A stretch of DNA of 64,000 nucleotides from an uncultured Candidatus Saccharibacteria bacterium (GCA_964510235.1 CAZEBF010000001.1:13001-77000); one strand, 5' to 3'. Counted from the first letter of the stretch, positions 17,801-26,261 are shown. Numbers and translations are program-made. Notes: generated by a model from the sequence alone, not told the origin.

Positions 17801-20329
17801 ACTACCAAAGGTGAAGCCATCAAGATCTTGTGGGATTGCAACTCGCAAAGTTCTCGTAGCGCTGTTGTTCGGCATAACTTCAAAGCGCAGTTCACTACCA
17901 CCGCTGCCACTGGCAAAATCTTGTGAGGCAAAGGCTGTTATACCAGCCGAGTGATAGGCATTGTTGCTTGCGTCATATGCGCCACCTAGCAGTATGTAGC
18001 CTAAGCGGTCGCCTGAAGAAGTCGCCGCGCCGTCGTCTTGTATGCCGATGATGCCTGAGCCGCCAGTTGATGAAGAGGTGGCGGTCTGAATGAAGGCTGA
18101 CTGTACTGCGCCAGCACCTCTAACTGTTAGGTTGGCGGCGCTCAAGTACTGGTTGCCCGAACCTACCACCAAAGATCCGTCGCTCTTTACACTCCCCAAC
18201 ACAGTGCCAGAGCTATTCTGCCACTCTTGAAGGTTGGCAGTTTGACTGCCTGAACCACGCACAACTAACCCTTTAACATCTGTATTGGTATATACACTCA
18301 GACGCACACCGCTCAGTGGCGTCTGGTTACCAACAGATATCTGTTCGGTGGAAACAATGTCGCCATCAGCGGCAATTGCTGACAATACAGTGCCAGTACT
18401 ACTCTGCCACTCTTGAAGGTTGGCAGTTTGCGAGGCTAAGCCTTGGATTACCAACGGTTTGGCGGTCGTGGCAGAGGCGGTGATTATGGTGTTGGCTAAG
18501 TTGTCTACTGTGGTAGGAGTGTTGACACGTAATTTCTCGTTTGTGCCGCCCGTCAAGGAGTAGGCGCCAAACTGAGCGCCATATGACGAGGTTAGGCGCA
18601 GCTTAACCGAGCCGTTTGAACTGAGGTCAAGGTACTCATTCGCGCTTACGTAGGTTAATACTGTTCGCGCCTGGCCGCTACCGCCAAGTCCGTATAAGAT
18701 TGCTCCGTTACTGCCCACCCAGATTGGCGCGGTTGAGACTAACTGGTTAGATGAGTTCACGCCAAACGTGTAGTCGGCACTATTTGCCGCATTACGCCAG
18801 GCAATATTCTCTGCATTTGCCAGGCGGACAAAACCGGATGAAGCTGGTGTGCCCGTCGACACCAAACCTGGCGCATAAATGTACCCATTAGAAGCAACAC
18901 GCATTAATATCGAACCGGCATCGTTCTGCCATTCCTGGAGGTTGGCGGTTTGGCTGGTGGCACCACGAACCACCAAACCTTTGCTTCCCGCTGTTGAAGA
19001 ACCAATCAAAACTGTTGCATCTTCTGTAGTTGGACTGTTTACTGTCAACCGAGTATTGGTATTAACGGTACCAGTTGTATTGATGGCAAGCCTAGTATTA
19101 AGCTTAACTGCAGCTATCGTGTCAGCGTTTGCCGATAAAGTTGACGAATTACTACCTTGCCACAAGAACTGTATTGAACCACCAAAGTCACTAAACCCAC
19201 CCGAACTCAGAACCAGGCCACTACGATAACTTGCACCAGAATTGTAGTATCCGCCTATCTGGAGCGAGCCGCCGGCCGAACCGCTTGCATCGACCGCATT
19301 CGATAGCCGTAAAACCCCTGCGCTGAAGCGATTAAGGACTGCGTCACTGGCACTACCAAAGCGAATAGCGCCACTTGAGCTAACTGAAGTTAGTACCGCG
19401 CCCGTGCTATCCTGCCATTCCTGGAGGTTGGCGGTTTGGCCAGATGCACCCTGTACGCTTAAACCAGCGAAGCTTGCATCTGTACTAGTAACCTGCAAAC
19501 TTGCAGTTGGCGCAGGACTGTTAACCCCAACACGCTTATTTGACGTATCAACGCTAAATATCGTTGATAATCCTGTCGCATTCTTAACTTGTACCGCAGT
19601 AACCGAGTCTGTCTGTGGCTTAAATAATAGGTACCCTGCGTTATCTAGGACGAGCACGTCACTGCCTCCACGCTGTAACTTAAGTATGTCTCCTGTGGCG
19701 CCTGTCTTATTAATGCCGATTGAACCATTAGTCGTCGAATCAACCTGCAAGGAAGCCTGTCCAAGCTGAATCAGCTCATCCTTGGATAGGCCACCAAGTT
19801 TTTTTGCATTCTTTGCGTATGGGGTGGCGCTAAATCTAGTAAACGGCAACATTTCACCATCCCATGACGGACTGGCCGTTCCGCCTACGTCAATTGAGAG
19901 CCATAGGGTGTCTTGATTCCAGTCAACATCATTACCAAAGGGAGTTACCGACCCGAGGTATACTGAAAAATAACCGTTCTTAACCCTAACTTTGTCAGTG
20001 CTGACCCGAGTCTCAGTCCACTCAAGCGTACCGCTACAAGGTGAAGTACCTGATACTTCACAACCATCACCATCCTGATATACCTTAAATCGCAAATTAT
20101 AGAAGCCATCTGGCACAACTGCACCTGTATCATCTAGTAATCGAGCCTGGAAGTTCAACTGCTCGTTAATACCTGCAGAATTAACGGTCTGCCCCTGTTG
20201 CTGTGAGCGATAAAAACCAATCACACCAGATATAAACATGAGCCCTATGGCGCACAGGATGAGTGGATTCCAGAAATTGACTCTTACTCTCATTTGTTCT
20301 CTATGTGTATTAAGTAACCTTAACCACAT
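11804..20329 (-). CDS. Giant 2841-aa surface fibre/adhesin-like protein
   Basis: N-terminal TM; five QTANLQEWQ repeats; FGxxxDxxLYR repeats; LamG-like domain (SVSAWF...NDGQWHHVA...DGDIDD); late ADLAE...GRVPVKV segment resembling fibre chaperone/peptidase G2 domains; G/S/T/N-rich. Confidence 0.75.
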   Translation of the reverse strand: MWLRLLNTHREQMRVRVNFWNPLILCAIGLMFISGVIGFYRSQQQGQTVNSAGINEQLNFQARLLDDTGAVVPDGFYNLRFKVYQDGDGCEVSGTSPCSGTLEWTETRVSTDKVRVKNGYFSVYLGSVTPFGNDVDWNQDTLWLSIDVGGTASPSWDGEMLPFTRFSATPYAKNAKKLGGLSKDELIQLGQASLQVDSTTNGSIGINKTGATGDILKLQRGGSDVLVLDNAGYLLFKPQTDSVTAVQVKNATGLSTIFSVDTSNKRVGVNSPAPTASLQVTSTDASFAGLSVQGASGQTANLQEWQDSTGAVLTSVSSSGAIRFGSASDAVLNRFSAGVLRLSNAVDASGSAGGSLQIGGYYNSGASYRSGLVLSSGGFSDFGGSIQFLWQGSNSSTLSANADTIAAVKLNTRLAINTTGTVNTNTRLTVNSPTTEDATVLIGSSTAGSKGLVVRGATSQTANLQEWQNDAGSILMRVASNGYIYAPGLVSTGTPASSGFVRLANAENIAWRNAANSADYTFGVNSSNQLVSTAPIWVGSNGAILYGLGGSGQARTVLTYVSANEYLDLSSNGSVKLRLTSSYGAQFGAYSLTGGTNEKLRVNTPTTVDNLANTIITASATTAKPLVIQGLASQTANLQEWQSSTGTVLSAIAADGDIVSTEQISVGNQTPLSGVRLSVYTNTDVKGLVVRGSGSQTANLQEWQNSSGTVLGSVKSDGSLVVGSGNQYLSAANLTVRGAGAVQSAFIQTATSSSTGGSGIIGIQDDGAATSSGDRLGYILLGGAYDASNNAYHSAGITAFASQDFASGSGGSELRFEVMPNNSATRTLRVAIPQDLDGFTFGSTGDVNLYRSGADLLRTDDSLTVAGSALRVATASGGLVYISNNLALESTGTTLRLGEGFTEVLNRSSAGRFTFGTSGDTNLYRSSANILTTDGSFRVQGGAATDTSLVIGNGGNPSRLNLGYSSNYGSITSNGNIINVADQDGNTSGNYFSWGFDGSSTTYTEMMRFSDGGQLGLNATSYGTNNKLTVNANNTADDAAAVQFNSNAVGRKGLVVQGFAGQTANLQEWQNSAGTVLASVGATGNTLFNPSAASVDAFRVQSAGANVLQVDTAARSGSGGNLVKVGNSTGTDSDTTILQLDAATADPTSNLSALNGGLFYDSTLNKVKIIENGVVKTVCNTTDAGCGAGGSGARLDQVTAATTGASINNADNNVVWNWQLTAAESGFTFTENAASTGGGTQDQFITDMATLTGSTASPLRVTSASVDAADVVFNLASAGDIEFQDNGTAFMTLSDAGAYTYTLDATDNPAYTITNNGSGNVVTNLAGTGDFIVQDNGTAVLTIADSGEIDTALTSTNTTASDEYSLKVTVSDTGVVNTGTDSTYGQRIAVTRTGATGGTINSYGLDILNNTDNSGAGTATAYGINAFAGGASTGTNAEYLYGIRGGASAVLTGGVTMAVGVRGEVASFLFGGTITEGAGLQGHLNLTGGGTLTDGYGLHIQSASISSSTITSNYGVFVEAQTNGTSDYGVAIEAADTQTLWLSSNANNTTASAGIAFGSSRDTTLYRSDVATLKTDGTFQVGSASAAGQIDLYGDLVKKGITKQTGLTGITDVHVYDTTKDSDTGAWTNSPTSQSLSWYTETKNDGFGDACNIASDTRCGSSGFPKKAIIVSTTSAVYIFDANDYKMFMKFNQNAAGYAIGVDTNNDPSSVFALNGVVYVGANGASAGGMYAIDFTQDRMYNYNTTDRDQGDKNIANRNTAVTYNLDSRTALAIRHNAVNAVHGSVLYGSSSIETNGGPGNGKTFIAAATDDSISVVNLSEQKTLDYGDNLTDQFSAVYVTKRGRLYGLNVTLSQVERYGTQANGTVGIDVAKADQATPSDLFDEAAGNLPNVANGAAAPTFAVGAPDALKVVERASMADDAADLLYVGHSAGLTEVHDVNVPSGTVIGWSKHYNTSRETSYMTGTQRGMFSFDNLSGDLTDSTIRNSVLEPEVAPTYGVNGVHGTGLRFNGTSQFLCSDANNDGTCDTDADFNVAALSFSVSAWFRHSTAIAGTDVLIDKRFSALGGTEGAGYTVEMNSSGSIVFGIQDTAATAAYDDSVTSTQTYNDGQWHHVAAVNTDTGLCLYIDGKQASTCDTALAATLTLDASQILTIGADGSGAAGGNFWDGDIDDVYFSGGGATVSDTLTQAQIRKIYLEGRGALAKPSTVVTAATTFSSTTIGDSAETYVPNSFVGSFVEITAGTGAGQSRRVIANDGTTLTVSPAWTVTPSTDSDYEVIPEKLYGDTNIVTSIGLNNTNFLGSNPDLYVGTSNGTDGGAVSVFSGYANAFVSNVYHSDTGVTDSSGASWTGADADDIDALSVENGIVVMGSSANLWLEKSDRNLEQDMDRFFNNISSIRGELIVDGMAGVSSEVGGVGGADLAERFTSFDSLVPGDIVSMQDNSVGEVVPSSKPYDDKTLGIVATNPGLIIGPQEENSYPIALSGRVPVKVLIKPGESIKSGDRITSSTVAGYGMKAVGAGRVVGTVLEDLNTETLIDCPDGSPAGARCGTVMVFVNLVDYNGQRVEVAMEEFGNGGFTMPDTVLGPLVNLQEGVLADKLKKSDDIIRYLIGRKQQQAPGEDNSEILTDRVSAYEINGVSINAKDITADSIKANKIEGLEVLVGKLTSRPKAATEAGGSELTEASVNLDDFVVKTAKVGESLTVEGALFANGALKVVGPVEFLNTSVFHRMATFVDSVIFRNDVEIEGRLTQNNDAAGFATIYKTQKKVVIKFEKPYDDTPVVTVNIKNGKFAQFAYDDLTKEGFTIILPEDATQDIEFAWTAVSVKDAKTIDVPVPPVKN

Positions 20330-20449
20330 TGTATCTTGTAGAGTCTACAACGACAAGGGAAATACCCCTGTTATAGCCATGAGTTATCCACAAGCTATAA
20401 CTGAACAGTTTTGTTGTTCGATGTACAAAATTTGAGAGTTTTAGAAAGA

Positions 20450-21547
20450 CTAGTGAACAGCTTTTTTATTAATCGAGTGGATAGCGACTCGTTCTCCGAG
20501 CCAAAAGCACAGTGTTAGAATACTAACGACGACAAAGACCGGGTAGGCCCGGTTCACACCATCTACAAGTTGGTTCTGGAATATACAGACTGCGTCTTGT
20601 TGGCAACGCTGAGATAGTGTGCCTGTTGATGACAGGTTAACTTCTTTAACTCCATCTACGATCACAACTGTCTGAAAGATCACTTTAGATCCATTGATAT
20701 CGGTTACTTCAATGATGACACGGTACTGGCCAGGTTTATCATATTGACGCGTCAAAGTGTACTCACCCGCCTCATCATAGACTCGTGTAGTTTGCCGTCC
20801 ATCACCCCACCTGATAAGTACGCTGTATGGACCCTGCCCACCAACAATGGTAAACGAAACACGAGCTTCCTTCTTAACCTGATCAACCCGGAAGTAGCCT
20901 TTAGAGGTCACCAGTAGGTCGGCTGGAGCTTGACCCACTGTACCGGTATTTGGCGGATTTGGACTATTAGTACCAGGTGTTTGTGGGTCAGTCGGGTTCA
21001 AAACTGGCGCGTCGTAAAATACTGTAGTGGTAGTGGAGTCTGGACCGTACTGGCTAATCACATCTCGAGTTCTTGCCACCAACGCATTGCTACCAGTGAT
21101 TAGTGTCACTATCAGGCTAAATGTCCCTGTGGGGCTACACACTACTGAACCAGCTAAATCACCGTTGCGATACAACTCTACAATAAAATCATGGTCACAG
21201 GTTCCCTCTATGGTTACAGTGTTGGCAGTAAATTGCTGTCCGTTAATCGGCTGCTGGATTACAGCAGGTACTGATGGAGGTGAACCAGGCACCAGTCCTG
21301 ACAACTGAATATCTCCAGATTCGGTAGCACCCTGAACAACAGTGTGTCGCACGAACATCAGGCAGCCCATCGTAAACAGTATCAAAAAAAAGATGAGTGC
21401 ATACGAAGTCTGGTGATACGGTAATCGCTTACCAGTGTGAGTATGATGGCTGTAGTGAACCGGCCTACGCTTAGGGTGTGGGTGAGCTTTGGCATGACGC
21501 ACCTGGCTAGTTGAAGCCGTTCGAGATTTATTTCTTCGTGCTACCAT
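20450..21547 (-). CDS. Membrane protein with Ig-like and PKD-like domains
   Basis: His-rich N-terminus, TM, Ig-like segment (GTFSLIVTLITGSNALVAR), Pro-rich linker, PKD-like segment (IRWGDG...YDKPGQY), C-terminal TM; start uncertain (21547 or 21604). Confidence 0.65.
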   Translation of the reverse strand: MVARRNKSRTASTSQVRHAKAHPHPKRRPVHYSHHTHTGKRLPYHQTSYALIFFLILFTMGCLMFVRHTVVQGATESGDIQLSGLVPGSPPSVPAVIQQPINGQQFTANTVTIEGTCDHDFIVELYRNGDLAGSVVCSPTGTFSLIVTLITGSNALVARTRDVISQYGPDSTTTTVFYDAPVLNPTDPQTPGTNSPNPPNTGTVGQAPADLLVTSKGYFRVDQVKKEARVSFTIVGGQGPYSVLIRWGDGRQTTRVYDEAGEYTLTRQYDKPGQYRVIIEVTDINGSKVIFQTVVIVDGVKEVNLSSTGTLSQRCQQDAVCIFQNQLVDGVNRAYPVFVVVSILTLCFWLGERVAIHSINKKAVH

Positions 21548-22493
21548 TGTTCTTCGAGCGACCTTGCGCCTTCTTAACAATGTAGCGATTGTAGCGTCGG
21601 ACAAAGAATACGATCAGAACGATGGCTAGAATAACCAGAGCAATTAACTTATACGGTATTACCCAGAAAGTTATGGAATCAGATACGATAGTATTTCTCT
21701 CTCCATATACAACATCAGCCTGAACAGTATATCGACCAAACAGTAACTTATCGCTCAGTTCTTGTTCGAACTTTCGTGTACTACCTGGCAAGACGTTACC
21801 GCCATTTTCGTTAAGAGCGAAAGTTGTTACTTCACGTCCGAACATATTGCTTACCCTGATCGAACCAGTTGGTTTAAAGAATACGTTACCTGTGTTTGTG
21901 ATTCGCTCAGCAATTGTAACTGGTCCATATTCAAACATATTCCTTTTCTTACCGTTCTGTGCTGTATACATTTCACTTATGACAGCCTGCTCCGTTGTAT
22001 CACCTGATACATTCACAAGCATAAGAGTACCGACACTTGCTGATAATGAGACTCCTGTGTCTTCAAGTTCAGGTGGTGTGCCTGTAAACCGAATAACCCC
22101 AAAGTGACCACCTGGACTGGCATTGTCAGGAACGCGCAACGTTACCTTGACTGACTTTTGCTCACCCTTTTTTAGCGTTATTGCTGGAATTGAAACGATC
22201 CAAGATTTGATTGAATATGGACTTTCCTCTTCCGCATCTAACAGCAGCTTTGGTTGACCATCTTCACCGTTAGCTACAAAGTCATTAATCTGTGACTTTA
22301 TTACGAGAGTATCCTGTGTGACATTGCGAACACGGATAGTAGAATTGATTACCTTGCCTGGATCTGCTTTTAATTCAATCAGAGGAGGCGAAATCTCCAA
22401 CCCCTGTCCACTTTGGCCATGCGCAATATCGGGCGTTATAAACATAAGCAACAAGATAGAAGCACTTGCAACAATACTCAACACTCTCTTCAT
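21528..22493 (-). CDS. DUF916-like (WxL-interacting/chaperone-like) protein with C-terminal membrane anchor
   Basis: Signal peptide, GLEISPP, VPDNASPGGH, NTGNVF, VLPGSTRKF, C-terminal TM with basic tail. Confidence 0.6.
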   Translation of the reverse strand: MKRVLSIVASASILLLMFITPDIAHGQSGQGLEISPPLIELKADPGKVINSTIRVRNVTQDTLVIKSQINDFVANGEDGQPKLLLDAEEESPYSIKSWIVSIPAITLKKGEQKSVKVTLRVPDNASPGGHFGVIRFTGTPPELEDTGVSLSASVGTLMLVNVSGDTTEQAVISEMYTAQNGKKRNMFEYGPVTIAERITNTGNVFFKPTGSIRVSNMFGREVTTFALNENGGNVLPGSTRKFEQELSDKLLFGRYTVQADVVYGERNTIVSDSITFWVIPYKLIALVILAIVLIVFFVRRYNRYIVKKAQGRSKNNGSTKK

Positions 22494-22548
22494 ATCAGTT
22501 GATGTCCCTCTTCCCCAAACTCTCATTGGTAACAGTATATCAGATTAA

Positions 22549-23625
22549 CTAGAACGTTGCGGTTGCAATGTATGTCATTGTCGCAGTATACGTACCGGCC
22601 TCCGTTGCAGTATCGATATTAGCAATGTAGGCTACCTGATAACGACGAAATGACTCAGACGTGCCCTTGCTCGCAACACTATCAGCCGTAACAAACCGGA
22701 ACTGATCGACAGTGTTATAGCTCGCTGCTGGCGTACCCGAGCCCGCACCGTCAGGGTCGGCACCAATATTCGGTGTAGCGTTGTCGCGCAGGTTCATTCC
22801 GAACTGCTCAGTTCCTGTTGTTGACGCAGTTTGAGACGCAAGTGCCGAAATAGTATTACCACCCGAAGTAAGCGTTGCTCCATTAACAGTAATCGCATAG
22901 CCACTTCCCCCGTTTGTACCTACACCCATCTGCGACAAACCAGTACCAGTAGTGCTTGCAGTTAGCGTTCCGAGAGCCACGGCGGAACCGGTCGCACCAG
23001 CACAGCTACTTGTTGTAATGCCACTCGTACCGGTACAAAAAGTAAGCGTCTCGTCAACAGTGGCGCTCACAGTGATTTGTTGGGCTGTACTTGCAGCGAC
23101 GGTACCGGTATCAACTGCTGTTGTCCAGGCGGCGTCAGAAAAAGTACTAATACGTGCGAAGAATGTGGTGTTTTGAGCTGTAGGGTTGGTGACTCCGCCA
23201 AAGACAACAGTCTGAGATCCGGTTGGCGCTGCAACGTTACCGCTCTTCGATATACGCAGACTGCCTGCGGTTACAGTACTCACCGTCCAACCGGAGGCGT
23301 CACCAAGGTTGGTTGGCTGTGAGGCGAGTGTTGAGCTAGAGTTAACAAAACCTGATGGAATGGAACATGCTCCCGAGGCAGTCGTACAAATCTGGGCTTG
23401 CATTGATTGGATTACAGTAGCGGAAGGTACAGTAAAATTAAACGTATAGGTAACGCCCGTGCCTGCACCGGCGGAATTAGAGAGAGTCAACTTGCGAGCG
23501 GTTATTTGAGCTGCTGAAACCTGAGCATTAAAGACAGACTGTAACGCAACCATCGCCAAGACAATGGCGATTACTATATAGGTTATTCGTTGGACTTTCT
23601 GCTGTGTCTGTGCAAATTTGGACAT
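22549..23625 (-). CDS. Secreted two-domain WxL/pilin-like surface protein
   Basis: Signal peptide, T/S/G-rich, paired cysteines, terminal strand AGTYTATMTYIATATF. Confidence 0.6.
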   Translation of the reverse strand: MSKFAQTQQKVQRITYIVIAIVLAMVALQSVFNAQVSAAQITARKLTLSNSAGAGTGVTYTFNFTVPSATVIQSMQAQICTTASGACSIPSGFVNSSSTLASQPTNLGDASGWTVSTVTAGSLRISKSGNVAAPTGSQTVVFGGVTNPTAQNTTFFARISTFSDAAWTTAVDTGTVAASTAQQITVSATVDETLTFCTGTSGITTSSCAGATGSAVALGTLTASTTGTGLSQMGVGTNGGSGYAITVNGATLTSGGNTISALASQTASTTGTEQFGMNLRDNATPNIGADPDGAGSGTPAASYNTVDQFRFVTADSVASKGTSESFRRYQVAYIANIDTATEAGTYTATMTYIATATF

Positions 23626-23655
23626 GTTTGATTGTTACCTTAAGTGCTTTGCTAA

Positions 23656-23684
23656 ATTGTACAATACATCATAAGCATAAACAA
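23656..23684 (-). promoter_or_regulatory. Promoter of the 358-aa WxL-like gene
   Basis: TTGTTT-N17-TACAAT. Confidence 0.5.
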
Positions 23685-23691
23685 CGACTTT

Positions 23692-24426
23692 CTAATATGT
23701 TCCTGTGCAAACAAGCGTCTGATTACCACTGTAACTTCCGCCTGCAGTGGTGTTAGCAGCGTTAATAATATACGACATAGTGTACTCGGTTAAGCCAGAG
23801 CTCGCTGCCGCTGAGGCTATCGTTTCACCTGCGACATACCGAAAGTTGTTGGCCGTATTGTAGTTACCCGCGGCTGTACCGGATGAAAAACTACTATCTG
23901 GCGTCTGTACAGGGTTGGCGCCAAACGTTGTTGGCGAAGTGTTAGCAACGAGATTAACACCAAACTGCTCAGTACCGGGCACCGATGGCCCAGTTGAGCT
24001 CATGCCGGCCAACGTATAGACACCTGTACTGGGCGGATTGCCGACTATTTGCACGATATATCCGTATGACGTGTAATTCAGGACACTAAATGTTGCGGTT
24101 GCAGTGGCCGTAACGGAGGTAGAAAGAGCACCAAAGTTGACATTCGCCGTGTCGACCGTACAGCTCAGTGATGGATCATTAGTAGTCACCGGGCCACTAT
24201 CAGCCCTGAAGTTTGTCGAGCCACTTGGCCCACCGCCAACGCCGTTAACTGCTTGCTGACCGGGGGCTGTACCGTAATTAGTAGAAGAACTTTCTAGGCT
24301 TCCACCCGGTCCAATAAAGGATTCGTCTATCTTAAAGTTGCTCGATGAACTCTGGGCAGACGCCAGGGTGCCACCAAAACAGAGCATAGAAACCACCAAG
24401 CAAACCCCTTCTAGAATCTTTCTCAT
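23692..24426 (-). CDS. Secreted WxL/pilin-like protein, paralog of the 22549-23625 C-terminal domain
   Basis: Shares GTEQFG(V/M)NL, YNTxxxFR(Y/F)V and a terminal GGSYSGNQTLVCTGTY strand with the neighbouring gene. Confidence 0.6.
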   Translation of the reverse strand: MRKILEGVCLVVSMLCFGGTLASAQSSSSNFKIDESFIGPGGSLESSSTNYGTAPGQQAVNGVGGGPSGSTNFRADSGPVTTNDPSLSCTVDTANVNFGALSTSVTATATATFSVLNYTSYGYIVQIVGNPPSTGVYTLAGMSSTGPSVPGTEQFGVNLVANTSPTTFGANPVQTPDSSFSSGTAAGNYNTANNFRYVAGETIASAAASSGLTEYTMSYIINAANTTAGGSYSGNQTLVCTGTY

Positions 24427-24485
24427 GTACAAATCATTATACGGAGTTGGTCACGACAACGCAAAGCGCTCACGCTTGCAAGGCA

Positions 24486-25529
24486 CTAGTTAACGCTAAT
24501 GTAGACGCGGGCAGCTTGCTTATCTTTGAGGTCGTTGATATAGGTTTCGAGATTTTTGAAGTTAAAGACAACGTGCGCACCTTCGACTTTGTCTTCGTTC
24601 TTACTGATGGTCTTTACAATTTCCAGGCTATAACCAGTGTTAATAATCCCTGAGGTCTCGCCAGCATTGAGTCGAAACAGTGCATCCGTCGTCTGAGCAT
24701 TAATATCGCGATTTGACCGATCAATAGCAAAACCAAATGTACCACCGCGTGCTTTGCTAACCTCATCCTCTGAGTACTGTCGGGCTACGTCCTCAAACTT
24801 ACTACCATTTGTTAACAGCGCCAAAGCCTTCTCGGCGCGAGCCTGAGTGTCGGTATCAATCGCGGCTATGACTTTTTGCTCCAACAACCGTTGCTTGATA
24901 ACACGGCGAAAATCATCTACGGACCAGCCGAAGTTTTGCTTAAGCGCTTCCTCGTAGGCCTGTTCACTACCACCTAAACGGTTTTGACGTCGGAGCAGTG
25001 TAATCTGGTCTTCTACCTCTGTATTGCTGACACTAACATTGTTCTGTTTGGCCAATTCTTTGACGTAGGCATCATTAACTACCTTATCTATGGCTCGTTT
25101 TTTGTACTCCGCAAGCTGCTGTTGACCGGCTTCGGAGTTAAAGTCGAGCTTCTGTTGATTCTCATAGAAATAGATGTAGTGACGTAGTTCAAACAGATAG
25201 TTCTCGTAGGCCACAAAGCGTGAGCCGGTCTTGGCAATTGGGAACGGCACTACTTGTGTGACACGATACATAAAGCTCGATGTTGTCTCGAATCGATACA
25301 AGGCTGCTACTGAATAACTGAGGAAAATCACCGCTGCGGCGATAATGAGAGCAGTCGATATCATTACAATACGGTGTTTGGAATGCTGCAGTGGATATAT
25401 ATACTTACGGGCACTTCCTAGAACCTCTTCGCGGTGAGCGGCAACTGTCTCGTTTGTAATAGGACCTGACTTTGGAGCGTCAGGCGTCGACTTTTTGCGA
25501 TTCAGTATCTTCTTAATTTTCTTCTTCAT
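24486..25529 (-). CDS. PrsA/SurA-like foldase (parvulin PPIase)
   Basis: TM anchor, SurA N-terminal-like helices, FEDVARQYSED...GG parvulin motif; SD AGAGGA before MKKKIK. Confidence 0.8.
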   Translation of the reverse strand: MKKKIKKILNRKKSTPDAPKSGPITNETVAAHREEVLGSARKYIYPLQHSKHRIVMISTALIIAAAVIFLSYSVAALYRFETTSSFMYRVTQVVPFPIAKTGSRFVAYENYLFELRHYIYFYENQQKLDFNSEAGQQQLAEYKKRAIDKVVNDAYVKELAKQNNVSVSNTEVEDQITLLRRQNRLGGSEQAYEEALKQNFGWSVDDFRRVIKQRLLEQKVIAAIDTDTQARAEKALALLTNGSKFEDVARQYSEDEVSKARGGTFGFAIDRSNRDINAQTTDALFRLNAGETSGIINTGYSLEIVKTISKNEDKVEGAHVVFNFKNLETYINDLKDKQAARVYISVN

Positions 25530-26097
25530 AATCCTCTTCTTGGACGTCGTCATCTTGCAAATAGGTTTCCACCCCATGTTCGCGTAAGATCAACGCTATT
25601 TGCTTTACGACTTTGGCGGGATGATGGATATCTTTGATAACCAGGTCACCGATATACGTCTGTATAAGTATTGTACCAAATCTCAGCAGGGTTTCCTGCA
25701 TACCCGAGATTTCGTAGTTGAGTGATTTTATCTGCTGCAAACTGATATCAACGACTGACTTATGGAACAGGCCCTTCTGACTGATCTGGATGAGTCGCTG
25801 GTCAGTCACAATAAATACACTGAAGTACCAGGCAATCCAAGCTGGCGCGAACAGCACAATCATCAGAATGAAACCAGCTGCCAGACCGCCAAAAAAATAG
25901 CTGTACTCTGGTTTAACTAACGCTGGTAAAGTACCGAGTAGCAGACCAAGCATGCCAAAGATCAGCCCTTTACGCATTACCACAGGGTGACGACGAAATA
26001 CTAATAGAACGTCTTCGTCATCAAACTGATCATCGAAGTACTTCTGTTTTTCTGGTTCGGTGTGCGATTTTGCAGCGTTCTTGCCAGCTTTTGCCAT
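25513..26097 (-). CDS. Bacterial PH-domain membrane protein
   Basis: Two TM segments followed by IVTDQRLI...GLF...FGTILIQT. Confidence 0.75.
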   Translation of the reverse strand: MAKAGKNAAKSHTEPEKQKYFDDQFDDEDVLLVFRRHPVVMRKGLIFGMLGLLLGTLPALVKPEYSYFFGGLAAGFILMIVLFAPAWIAWYFSVFIVTDQRLIQISQKGLFHKSVVDISLQQIKSLNYEISGMQETLLRFGTILIQTYIGDLVIKDIHHPAKVVKQIALILREHGVETYLQDDDVQEEDYEEEN

Positions 26098-26154
26098 AGC
26101 ACTAGCGTAATCGTTTTGACAGGAATAGTCCACCCGTTAGAGTAGCCAACTATC

Positions 26155-26229
26155 TGGTACCCCCACTACGATTCGAACGTAGATCTTTTCCTTAGGACGG
26201 AATTGCTCTATCCATTGAGCTATAGGGGC
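26155..26229 (-). tRNA. tRNA-Arg(CCT)
   Basis: Acceptor GCCCCTA/TGGGGGT, anticodon loop GTCCTAA, T arm CTACG-TTCGAAT-CGTAG, encoded CCA. Confidence 0.88.
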
Positions 26230-26261
26230 AAAACGGCCGCTTTGTCTGCGGCCGATTGTTT

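Noticed and set aside
11804-20329. Giant fibre gene as part of a prophage
   Set aside because: It has an N-terminal membrane/signal segment, and no capsid, terminase, portal or other tail genes are nearby.
20330-20449. Replication origin
   Set aside because: Only one DnaA box in a 120-bp spacer, with no dnaA or dnaN nearby.
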